A stretch of DNA of 42,271 nt, from NCBI GenBank assembly GCA_016202865.1, contig JACQNV010000010.1, positions 1 to 42,271 on the forward strand, given 5' to 3'. Positions 7,674 to 15,968 of this stretch are shown here, one piece after another (the stretch's first letter is position 1; the number at the start of each line of letters is the position of its first letter). Made by a program: the position numbers and the translations under genes. Origin of the DNA: Candidatus Aenigmatarchaeota archaeon. Its GTDB lineage: Archaea > Aenigmatarchaeota > Aenigmatarchaeia > QMZP01 > JACQNV01. The notes below the pieces were generated by a model. It did no database searches, had not been told where the DNA came from, and saw nothing but the letters and a program-made list of their open reading frames with translations.

Positions 7674-9527
7674 ATGAAAGCACAAGCAGAAATAGTCATT
7701 GTTTTGGCAGCCTTGATACTTGTTATAACCCTTGTCACAATTGTTTTCCAGACAGGTCTAAACTCGCCTGACATAACAAATTTAGCCTCTGTTTTCAGAG
7801 ATGAGGTAAACAGAAGACTCTATGAAGGTTCCTTTGATATTGTAAAGACAATCAGTCTTCAGGGGGGTGTTTTAGACCCAGTACCCAACTCTGTAGATTT
7901 GGCTGGCACAAAGGTGGCTTATTGGCAAATGTGCCAGAACAAGGCCCTTCCAAGCCTTGCAGATATAAGGAAAAACATAAAATTGGGAATTGAACGGTTT
8001 GTTAGTAATCTCAATATAAACGATTTTCAGGGAAAAAAAGCCTCTCTGAGCCTGAAAGATTTAGATATCATAATAAGAAATCAGGATATTCTGGCTACAT
8101 TTACCTTGAACACAAATTTAGCAGGTTATGATCTAGATCCGCTATATGAAATAAGAATTCCAGCTAACTTGGCTGAAGTCTATAATTTTGCGTCTGATTT
8201 TGTTGATGATAATGTCCAGAAAAGGCACTTCGAGAGGTTTTTGTTGTCTCTTATGTTCAGGACAGATGAAAACATTCTGCCAACTTCCGGTGTGCTAACA
8301 AAATGCGGTCAAGCGATAATAAGAACATGGGATGATGTTCAAGAACAGATCGAGAAGCTGAGGGACTATTCTTTTGTTAACACTGTTTTTTGGGCAAGTG
8401 GAAATGACGAGTTCAAATATTATATACCAGCTCTCAATGGAAAAAAATATGACAGTCTGAAAATAAACTTTTTAGGCAGCGATCTTACAAGATCCAATCT
8501 TCAATCCTCAAGAAATCCAATATCTATAATAAACTCCAAAACCATCAGCATAGTGGCGCCATATTGCATAAAGGATTATAGGGTTGATTATTCACTAAAC
8601 TCTCCTGTGGCAGTTAAGGTGACAGGAACACCTGACTACAGTTTTAATTTTGCAATTCTACCGTTTATCGATAATAATAAAATAGGCAAGTGTTCTGGCC
8701 AGCAAGCCTTTTCATATGGCTCTGACATATGCACTGAGGCAAAATGTGATGTCAAATTATCTGTCCTTGATGTAAATGACAGACCAATACCAAATACACA
8801 AGTAAATTTCGGGGCTTGTTCAGTCGGAAAAACAGATTTCTCGGGACAGGTTAAAGGCAAAGTTCCGTGCGGAATTTCAGAACTTGTTGTAAGCAACCCA
8901 AAATACACATACTTTGCCGATGTTGTCAGTTCCAAATCAATTCCAGAAAAAATAAAACTTACTAAACTCCCTACAATAAATATCAACTTTTACAGGGCCG
9001 ATGTTATAAGAACACTATCTTATGTGCTTAATACACCTTCTTATGGAGAAATTGAAAGAGTAAATATCGGTCAGATTCAAGGCGACTACATTTTCGCAAA
9101 ATTCAAATCAAAGACGGCAAGTCCGTGGTCGCAGAGGGAATTTATTTTGGTTAATGCCGGTCTGAACAAATCAACTGTGACTAGCCAAGTTGTGGATTTC
9201 TTGTCTCCAGACAACTACACAGTTGAAGTTTCAACCATGAAAAGAGCAACCTACAAATATCAGGTTTGTGATACCGGTCTAGGCGGAACAGGAATAGCTA
9301 AAGACTGTAAGACAAAAAGCGCCCCGACAGTTTTTAACGGGAAAATGGTTTTTGATTTCGAAATAAAGGAAGGCACAAAAGACATCTACATAACATCCCT
9401 AATACCAGCGGAAAGCGAGACAAGGCAGGAACAGACAGATTTTGATTATACATCCAATATAGCTGAGGTGTCTAAATGTTTTGACCCTATATCCACAACA
9501 AAACCTAGAGAGGTTTGCACATTATGA
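7674..9527 (+). CDS. Module 2 component A: giant secreted protein with class III (pilin-like) signal peptide, 617 aa
   Basis: The N-terminus MKA/QAEIVIVLAALILVITLVTIVF has the same Q-x-E-I-V-I-V-L-A junction as A1. CarboxypepD_reg-like segment CDVKLSVLDVNDRPIPNTQVNFGACSVGKTDFSGQVKGKVPCGISELVVS. Its stop overlaps the B2 start (ATGA at 9524-9527). Confidence 0.8.
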   Translation: MKAQAEIVIVLAALILVITLVTIVFQTGLNSPDITNLASVFRDEVNRRLYEGSFDIVKTISLQGGVLDPVPNSVDLAGTKVAYWQMCQNKALPSLADIRKNIKLGIERFVSNLNINDFQGKKASLSLKDLDIIIRNQDILATFTLNTNLAGYDLDPLYEIRIPANLAEVYNFASDFVDDNVQKRHFERFLLSLMFRTDENILPTSGVLTKCGQAIIRTWDDVQEQIEKLRDYSFVNTVFWASGNDEFKYYIPALNGKKYDSLKINFLGSDLTRSNLQSSRNPISIINSKTISIVAPYCIKDYRVDYSLNSPVAVKVTGTPDYSFNFAILPFIDNNKIGKCSGQQAFSYGSDICTEAKCDVKLSVLDVNDRPIPNTQVNFGACSVGKTDFSGQVKGKVPCGISELVVSNPKYTYFADVVSSKSIPEKIKLTKLPTININFYRADVIRTLSYVLNTPSYGEIERVNIGQIQGDYIFAKFKSKTASPWSQREFILVNAGLNKSTVTSQVVDFLSPDNYTVEVSTMKRATYKYQVCDTGLGGTGIAKDCKTKSAPTVFNGKMVFDFEIKEGTKDIYITSLIPAESETRQEQTDFDYTSNIAEVSKCFDPISTTKPREVCTL

Positions 9528-11635
9528 GATTGAAAATATTGTCTTTGGTGTTGGTCTTGATAGTTTCCAGTTCAAGCTTAGCTATGGCAATCGAGATTGA
9601 CTTGGTTTATAACAATAATGCAGTCAGTTCAGCGGTTTTTGATAGGTCAAAATTTTTTGACAAAAGTCTTGTAGTAAACAATAACACTCTGCATATTTCA
9701 GTCTCAGGAAAAAACAATATTTCAATAAGTAGCATACTGCTATTCTTGTGTAAAGATAAAGCGCCAGATGCCTGCGACTTTTCAAACCCTATAGAATATG
9801 AGAGGTTTGTGGAAACCGATTTTTACCTGAATGACATATCCAATAACAACAGGGCAAATATACTTACATTGGTTAAGGCAGGTGAAAGCTGGATAGGTGC
9901 GTGGGATTCAATAGAAAATGGTGTTTGGAAAACAGGTGAAACAGACAATTTAAATCTATACCTAAAACATGATGTTGGTTCTGACTTGAAAGTCGCAATA
10001 GAGAGCCTAGGTTCCATACCAACAAACTCTGTGGAAAAAGCAGATTTTTCGGGCAAACCGCTTTATATTCTAGAAGGCAAGAAATCAATAGGCCTATTCA
10101 AAAAGGATAAAATTAATATAACATCATCTTTCTCTTCAAACAAAGTCGACTTGAAAAAAGGATATACATTTGTTTTCCCTACAGGCAACCAAATAAACAA
10201 CCCAATAACCCTATTCAACACCCCTGAGCTTTGCGGTAATTTGAAGTGTGATATTGGAGAAACCTTCAACACATGTTGGCAGGATTGCGCATGTTCAGCT
10301 GGACTAGTAAACACACCTCACGGTTGTGTCCCTGAAACAGATTTAAAATTGAACATTGAAAGCAAAAACAGGGGCGAATTTAACTGCTTTATTCCACCTG
10401 ATATACAAGCTTTCCAAAACATTGGCGGTTGTGTATTTACTGATGACTTTGAAATAAAATTGAAAATAAACAATACACCGACAACATATTTGCTAAACCC
10501 CCCATACTTCTATCTGGGTGGGCAATCTTACCCAGTGGCTGGGCGAGGAACATGCACAGAGATAGGCGATTCATATCAAATAGTTGAGAACAACTTTTCC
10601 TCTGCTCCAACAATAGTCTACAACGCCTCTGAATTTTCCTGTAACCTTTATTTTCCACCGCTTGAAAGAGATGAAGAGTTTAATGAAACCCTGGCCTTCT
10701 CCATGATATTCCCAATAACAACGAAAGAAGGAAACAAAACAGAAACACATGAACTGACAGCAACAACAGGATTGGACATATCAGGCACAAGCTTGAGGTT
10801 GGACTTGACAGATCTTCAAGATTTAGCCAAAAAGAAAGCAGAATTGGAAAAGCAACATAGGGAACTCAATAAATACCAGTATTGGCTTTCAATCGCCGAG
10901 CTAACATATGAGGCTGTGAAAATAGCCTTGGATGGTTGCTGCGCCTCTGTAATAGGATCTGTCTTCTGTTGTGGTGCAGTTACTTTCTGGACACCCGTTG
11001 TTTTTGGTTTGCATCTTGCTAATGCTGCGTATGGCATCTACATGGACAGAAAATACGATAAAAAAGTGGATGAGGTGAAAGAATATGCTCAAGGAAAAGT
11101 TCAAGAGTCTGCTATAGAAGCAAAAATAGAAATTGCGCAGAATATTCCGAACCTTGTATGGGTTAATGGAGCAAAATCAGGGCCTTATACAGGAACTGTT
11201 TGCGGCCAGGAAAATGTTGAGGTCTGGTATAACTTTGAATCCTTTGGCTGCTCTCAACGCGACGGGTTGTGGTTCAATTTCAATAATGTGACAAGGCCTC
11301 AATGCGATTGTCAGCAATTTGAATGGATAAGCGAGAATATGGAAGGGCCAATATGCGATTGTAATCAGGTATCGACATCATTCTCCTGGATCAAGAAAGA
11401 TATTAATGGAAAAGAGACAGGAATGAGAAAATATAATCAGAAAGGCGCGCATCTTTTATTGAATACAACAGCAGATAAACTGTTCAAAAAAAACAATATA
11501 CTCAATATAACAACATTCTGCTCAACAGGACAGATAGAAGCAATAGCTGAGGAAGCCGGTTTTAGTTTGGGTCCTGATATCGGAGATGTAACAGCAGAAT
11601 TCGAGTTGGTAAATTATAATTCAACATGTCAATAA
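9524..11635 (+). CDS. Module 2 component B: Cys-rich surface protein with signal peptide and central Cys-rich hydrophobic hairpin (about 703 aa)
   Basis: The ATG at 9524 overlaps the A2 stop; the track ORF starts at TTG 9515. Signal MRLKILSLVLVLIVSSSSLAMA. Cys module ITLFNTPELCGNLKCDIGETFNTCWQDCAC (about 10225-10295) parallels B1. A helix followed by the hydrophobic stretch CCASVIGSVFCCGAVTFWTPVVFGLHLANAAYGIYM lies at about 10880-11045. Confidence 0.8.
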   Translation: MRLKILSLVLVLIVSSSSLAMAIEIDLVYNNNAVSSAVFDRSKFFDKSLVVNNNTLHISVSGKNNISISSILLFLCKDKAPDACDFSNPIEYERFVETDFYLNDISNNNRANILTLVKAGESWIGAWDSIENGVWKTGETDNLNLYLKHDVGSDLKVAIESLGSIPTNSVEKADFSGKPLYILEGKKSIGLFKKDKINITSSFSSNKVDLKKGYTFVFPTGNQINNPITLFNTPELCGNLKCDIGETFNTCWQDCACSAGLVNTPHGCVPETDLKLNIESKNRGEFNCFIPPDIQAFQNIGGCVFTDDFEIKLKINNTPTTYLLNPPYFYLGGQSYPVAGRGTCTEIGDSYQIVENNFSSAPTIVYNASEFSCNLYFPPLERDEEFNETLAFSMIFPITTKEGNKTETHELTATTGLDISGTSLRLDLTDLQDLAKKKAELEKQHRELNKYQYWLSIAELTYEAVKIALDGCCASVIGSVFCCGAVTFWTPVVFGLHLANAAYGIYMDRKYDKKVDEVKEYAQGKVQESAIEAKIEIAQNIPNLVWVNGAKSGPYTGTVCGQENVEVWYNFESFGCSQRDGLWFNFNNVTRPQCDCQQFEWISENMEGPICDCNQVSTSFSWIKKDINGKETGMRKYNQKGAHLLLNTTADKLFKKNNILNITTFCSTGQIEAIAEEAGFSLGPDIGDVTAEFELVNYNSTCQ

Positions 11636-13053
11636 AATATTTAATCCCAATAACTGTAGTTTTCACACTTTTGATTAGCCTAACCTCTGTGCGAGCTTAC
11701 TTGGAGACAAACTTCTATTTTACAATGGCTCCAAATTCCACATATTGCCTATCCACAATATTGCCGTCAGATCTAGGTTTCCTTGAAGATGACAAATATA
11801 CAATGGCGATAGACAGCGGTTTTGAAACAAACATAAACTTTATAGAGACAGAAGCCGGAAAAAACAACGCAATAAAAGTCCCAATATGCTTCTCATCCAA
11901 GAACAAAAATAATGGCGAGTTTGCAGATTATAAAATCAGGACATCTGGAACAAAGTTCTCACCGTTTGAATGGAAAGGTGGAATTTGCGTATCCAATAAA
12001 ACACAAGACACCGACAAGGACTCATCAAAATATGAAAAAAATCCTTGCGAAATAGTGAACGGTCTGAGCGATCTGTTCTGGATGGATATTTTTCCAGAGC
12101 AAGCCATAACTGTTCCTGGACAAGAAGAGACTTTCTATATAGAAATCCTACCGTCTGTGGACATGGAGATAGATTTGACAATAAACAGCAACGCCGGCAT
12201 TAACATAAACAATTCTTATCTGCGATTAAAACAGTATGAAAGAAAGCAAATAGAGTTAAGGGTAAATCCAACCCTAAAAGGAGAGTATTATCTAAACGCA
12301 ACAGCAAAAGCCATATTCAACAGGCAGTATTGTGATCTGCCTTTCTGTAAAAAAGAGATCGGCGCGAAAATCCTTGTAGACGGCGGCAAAAAAATCCAGG
12401 GCTGGTCATTCCTTGTTCTCCCGCGTTTCTTATCTGCCTACAACCAAAAACCAATAGAATATGTGGCCATAATAGAAAACAATCAAGAGGACAGAAACTT
12501 CTCAATAGATTTGGGTTTGCCGCCAGGTTTATTATCTGACACGAAAAGTATTTCAGGCATTGTTAGAAAGAGCGAAAGAAAGGAGTTCAGATTTAACATA
12601 ACCTTTGCAGAAAATATCCCGCAAAAATACACAATTGATTTTACAGCAACAAGGGGACGAAATAGGTCTGCAGGCCTATTTCCAGCTGAGGGAGACACTG
12701 AAAGGGTTTTGACAGCTTTCCTATCTCTCTACGAATCTGCAGATGATTTAAAATCCCAATGGAATTCAATAAGGGACCAAGTAGACGACAAGACGCGTGC
12801 TGAAATAGATGATTTGGTGAACAAATATTTGATAGATCTCAAAGATGGGGGGTTCAGTCCAGATGATTATACAAAGATAAGAAACAAAATAAATGAAACA
12901 TCAACTAAAACGAAAACAGAAAAAACACCAGCATCCACAACAAGTCCAGCAAACCAATCAGAACAAATGCCTGTGGTTGTTCTTATCTTGATTCCAGTAG
13001 TCGTGATTATAATCCTTTTAGTTTTAATGTTCGCAAGAAGAAAGCGAGTTTAA
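11626..13053 (+). CDS. Module 2 component C: secreted CARDB/NEW3-like surface protein with C-terminal TM anchor, 475 aa, carrying an in-frame 39-nt insertion
   Basis: Signal MSIKYLIPITVVFTLLISLTSVRA. Stalk TKTKTEKTPASTTSPANQSEQ, then TM VVVLILIPVVVIIILLVLMF, then ARRKRV. Its start overlaps the B2 stop by 10 nt. It is a paralogue of C1. Confidence 0.8.
   Translation: MSIKYLIPITVVFTLLISLTSVRAYLETNFYFTMAPNSTYCLSTILPSDLGFLEDDKYTMAIDSGFETNINFIETEAGKNNAIKVPICFSSKNKNNGEFADYKIRTSGTKFSPFEWKGGICVSNKTQDTDKDSSKYEKNPCEIVNGLSDLFWMDIFPEQAITVPGQEETFYIEILPSVDMEIDLTINSNAGININNSYLRLKQYERKQIELRVNPTLKGEYYLNATAKAIFNRQYCDLPFCKKEIGAKILVDGGKKIQGWSFLVLPRFLSAYNQKPIEYVAIIENNQEDRNFSIDLGLPPGLLSDTKSISGIVRKSERKEFRFNITFAENIPQKYTIDFTATRGRNRSAGLFPAEGDTERVLTAFLSLYESADDLKSQWNSIRDQVDDKTRAEIDDLVNKYLIDLKDGGFSPDDYTKIRNKINETSTKTKTEKTPASTTSPANQSEQMPVVVLILIPVVVIIILLVLMFARRKRV
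12640..12687 (+). repeat. 39-nt palindromic insertion element, copy 2, in frame inside 11626..13053
   Basis: TTTACAGCA (12640-12648) and TTTCCAGCT (12679-12687) lie 39 nt apart. The hairpin is GAAATAGGTC-TGCA-GGCCTATTTC (12659-12682). It is translated as (FTA)TRGRNRSAGLFPA. Paralogue C1 lacks these residues. Confidence 0.7.
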
Positions 13054-13061
13054 TATTTTAT

Positions 13062-14825
13062 CTATTTATCGTACTCCTCTTCTTCACCATAGCCTTCCTC
13101 CTCATATTGCTCTTCATCTTCTGCTGAAGGTTTCTTTTTTAAAATCTTTTTCTTGACTATAATGAAAGCAAGAACGGCTATGATAATCACAATCACTACT
13201 AACAAAATTGGGAACTCGCCCTGTGTTGTTGCGGTCTTTGGTGCCCCAGAAGAAAGTATGGATTTGGCCAATGAGAATTTAGATTCGGCCTGCTGCAAAA
13301 GGATTGTAGCTGTTTGATAATCGCCTGCCTGCTGTTTTGTCTTGGAGTTATCTAAATCTAAAAGTATCGGAGCAAAAAACTTGTCAGCCTCGCTTGAAGT
13401 CACACCCTGTTTTGTTAGATTGCCTTTGAACGACCCAACTTCACTTCTGAGTTTGTCTATATCGCTTGTGACATCATCAAAAGCAGAGAATGACAGATAA
13501 ACTATTTTCACACCGCCATCGCTTTTTATCTTAACTTTTCCAGTATAATCTCCTGGATTGGTTGGTTTTATTGTTATTGTCACTTCTCCAGGGGCAGTGG
13601 ATGTGATAACAGGATTTGGTTGTGTAACTGTTATAATGTCCCCGGTGAAACCTTCAATTTCTGGCTGTTGTAGTGTAAGATTGCCTGCGCCAAGATTCCT
13701 GACAATCAACCTGTTTACAGACTCGTTTCCGGTGAGTATTTTAATGTAAGGTATAACAGGCGGATCAACATCTAGAACAGGTTTGTCAAGAGTTGTTGGT
13801 CCTGCCACTCCGCCTGTAACAGAGATCTTTATATCCAAAGGGACAGTCTTCAAGATAATAGCTGGAACACCGTTAGCTGTCTCAACAATATCAAAGCTGT
13901 CTTTTATAATCAGGCTTTTGTCTGCCCTGACTTTTATCACATATTCGCTTGAATTGCCTGCCTGTAGGCTTTTTGAAACCAGGTCAACAGTAACATACTG
14001 TTTTAGGCTGTCTGACATTGATATGCTCAAGTTAGAATAGCTTGTTGTTGTTGGATTTTTGATTGTAAATTGCCTGTCAACTGTGTCGCCTGCGACAGTT
14101 GTTGTGTCTATTGAGCTGACTGCAATATCCAAGCCTGTCTGTATTGGCGCGCCTGAACCACCACCGATTTCAAAATACATGACATAACCGCCGTTTTTTA
14201 TAGGAGCGCTTGTTGTTTGAGCTTCAAATGCGATGAAATATTTGCCAGAAGTCAGTGTGATATTAATATAATAGTCGCCGGGTCCAGTCCTATATTCTGC
14301 CTGACCGCTTTTTAGTTGTGTTAAATTGTTTGCAGTGTAGAGAGTATAAGTTACATTAGCAGCTACATTCCTAACATAGACAGAGCCTTCAATAAGAGGT
14401 CCGTTTATATTTTTTACAGCCTGAACAACCTGAAGGTCGCTGACATTTAAAATGAAATCAGAAGACTGGTTAAAACCAGGTCCAGCAAGCTGTATGTTAC
14501 CTTGGAATGTGCCTGTTTTCTGTCCAGTTGGTTGTATGAGGGGGTTTGGTCCGCATGTTGCTGTAGAATCATCTGCAAAGAAGCATGCCCATTTACTAGG
14601 ACTTAACATGTTAAAAGAACCAGCTGCTGTTGGGCTGAGATATTTTTGCCATGAAAGCCTGTTACCTGATTGTAATGCCTGTGTTTCCACAACCCAAATA
14701 AATGGTGTGCCGGCTGAAAGCGTTGAAGGAATGGTATATTTTGAAGTGATCTGCGAGGCTTGAGCGTTCACACTAAGCAACAGAACTACGCTTATAATAG
14801 CTACTAAAAGAAGGCTCTTATACAT
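13062..14825 (-). CDS. Surface protein with signal peptide, CARDB/NEW3-like beta domains, C-terminal TM anchor and acidic Tyr-containing tail, 587 aa
   Basis: Signal MYKSLLLVAIISVVLLLSVNAQA. Patterns such as VDRQFTIKNPTTTSYSNLSISMS and VNRLIVRNLGAGNLTL..PGEVTITIKPTNPGDYTGKVKIKSDGG. TM FPILLVVIVIIIAVLAFIIV, then KKKILKKKPSAEDEEQYEEEGYGEEEEYDK. It converges on C2 with an 8-nt gap. Confidence 0.8.
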   Translation of the reverse strand: MYKSLLLVAIISVVLLLSVNAQASQITSKYTIPSTLSAGTPFIWVVETQALQSGNRLSWQKYLSPTAAGSFNMLSPSKWACFFADDSTATCGPNPLIQPTGQKTGTFQGNIQLAGPGFNQSSDFILNVSDLQVVQAVKNINGPLIEGSVYVRNVAANVTYTLYTANNLTQLKSGQAEYRTGPGDYYINITLTSGKYFIAFEAQTTSAPIKNGGYVMYFEIGGGSGAPIQTGLDIAVSSIDTTTVAGDTVDRQFTIKNPTTTSYSNLSISMSDSLKQYVTVDLVSKSLQAGNSSEYVIKVRADKSLIIKDSFDIVETANGVPAIILKTVPLDIKISVTGGVAGPTTLDKPVLDVDPPVIPYIKILTGNESVNRLIVRNLGAGNLTLQQPEIEGFTGDIITVTQPNPVITSTAPGEVTITIKPTNPGDYTGKVKIKSDGGVKIVYLSFSAFDDVTSDIDKLRSEVGSFKGNLTKQGVTSSEADKFFAPILLDLDNSKTKQQAGDYQTATILLQQAESKFSLAKSILSSGAPKTATTQGEFPILLVVIVIIIAVLAFIIVKKKILKKKPSAEDEEQYEEEGYGEEEEYDK

Positions 14826-14850
14826 ATATAGTATATTGTTGTGACCCCCT

Positions 14851-14863
14851 TATATTATATATA
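14851..14863 (-). promoter_or_regulatory. Putative TATA box for 13062..14825
   Basis: The minus strand reads TATATAATATAAG 26-38 nt upstream of the ATG at 14825. Confidence 0.3.
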
Positions 14864-14905
14864 CCAAAGGCCAGCTAAAGGAATTTAAAACCAAAGCCAT
14901 TATAT

Positions 14906-15115
14906 GTGTATATGTATGAGCATGTCGGGAGCAGAATAATGGATTATGGTGCCCTTGTTGTAGGACTGTCGCTAACAGCCACGGGATTGGGCCTAATGAT
15001 ACAAGATGCATATAGAAGTCGCAAGCTCAAACCAACAAAGCAGGAGATTGATCTTACAATAATAGAATTTGAGAGAGGTGTTGGAATCCATCTCGAAAGA
15101 AAAAATCCTGAATAG
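14906..15115 (+). CDS. Hypothetical small single-TM protein (69 aa or shorter from an internal Met)
   Basis: This is only an ORF with one hydrophobic helix (YGALVVGLSLTATGLGLMI). I recognise no similarity. The antisense ORF 14944..15138 is a competing reading. Confidence 0.3.
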   Translation: MYMYEHVGSRIMDYGALVVGLSLTATGLGLMIQDAYRSRKLKPTKQEIDLTIIEFERGVGIHLERKNPE

Positions 15116-15116
15116 T

Positions 15117-15932
15117 TTACCTGTGCATTTCTATCCAATTTACAGCCAGTTTTATCAGCTTCTCAAATTGTGCGGGTTCTCTAAAATAATGATCAGCGCC
15201 TTCTACTACCTCGAGAGCCTTTTCACCTTTAAGGTTTTTCAGAATCTCCTTGCTCCCCTCAAGAGGAACCAGATCATCCTTGTCGCCATGTAAAATTAAT
15301 GTCGGAATGTCTATCTTTTTTGCCATCTCAATCCCGTTGTATTTCAGGTAATCCTGATAAAAAGTGTAGTTTAGCTTGCAATACTTGTTTGCGGAAATTA
15401 AGTTAACATAAACATAGCCATTTTCCTTGCATTTTTTCATGAGGTCTTTCAATTCCCCTGTGCATAGATCAAGACTTGCTACAGGGGAGCTCAAAACCAG
15501 ATTCTTTATCCTCTTGTCTTTGGTTGTGAGTATTGTAGCTACAAGGCCGCCCAAACTGGAACCGATAAGACTAACCCCTTTCTTCTCCACAAAGCCCAAC
15601 TTCAAGACAAAATCAATTGCGCACCTCAAGTCGTCTACATACTGTGTTATCGTTGTGTTTTCGAAAATACCTTCGCTCTCGCCAATATTTGAAAAGTCAA
15701 ATCTCAGGAAAACAAAACCTTTTTTTGTCAGAGCTTCTGCCAGTGCAAGAGGTTTCGGCCCGTCCTTACATCTACCTCGAAAACCATGTGCAAAGACAAC
15801 AGCTGGAAACAGATCAGCGGATCTGTTTCGTCCCTCATCAGCTCTGAACGGTCCTTTACCTTCTGGTGTGTGCAAAATCCCAACCAATTTCTGTCCTTTG
15901 CTGTTTTTGAAAATAATTTTTTGTTCTGGCAT
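15117..15932 (-). CDS. Alpha/beta-fold hydrolase (dienelactone hydrolase / S9-like esterase family), 271 aa, carrying an in-frame 39-nt insertion
   Basis: Nucleophile elbow GSSLGG, HGDKDDLVP and GADHYF motifs in Ser-Asp-His order. It is a paralogue of 16517..17290. Confidence 0.85.
   Translation of the reverse strand: MPEQKIIFKNSKGQKLVGILHTPEGKGPFRADEGRNRSADLFPAVVFAHGFRGRCKDGPKPLALAEALTKKGFVFLRFDFSNIGESEGIFENTTITQYVDDLRCAIDFVLKLGFVEKKGVSLIGSSLGGLVATILTTKDKRIKNLVLSSPVASLDLCTGELKDLMKKCKENGYVYVNLISANKYCKLNYTFYQDYLKYNGIEMAKKIDIPTLILHGDKDDLVPLEGSKEILKNLKGEKALEVVEGADHYFREPAQFEKLIKLAVNWIEMHR
15801..15848 (-). repeat. 39-nt palindromic insertion element, copy 3, in frame inside hydrolase 15117..15932
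   Basis: Plus strand AGCTGGAAA (15801-15809) and AGCTCTGAA (15840-15848) lie 39 nt apart. There is a perfect 10-bp stem with a 4-nt loop, GAAACAGATC-AGCG-GATCTGTTTC (15806-15829). It is translated on the minus strand as FRADEGRNRSADL, which is absent from the paralogous hydrolase. Confidence 0.75.
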
Positions 15933-15968
15933 AATAAGAATTAGGAAAACAAGTTAATATGCGTCACA

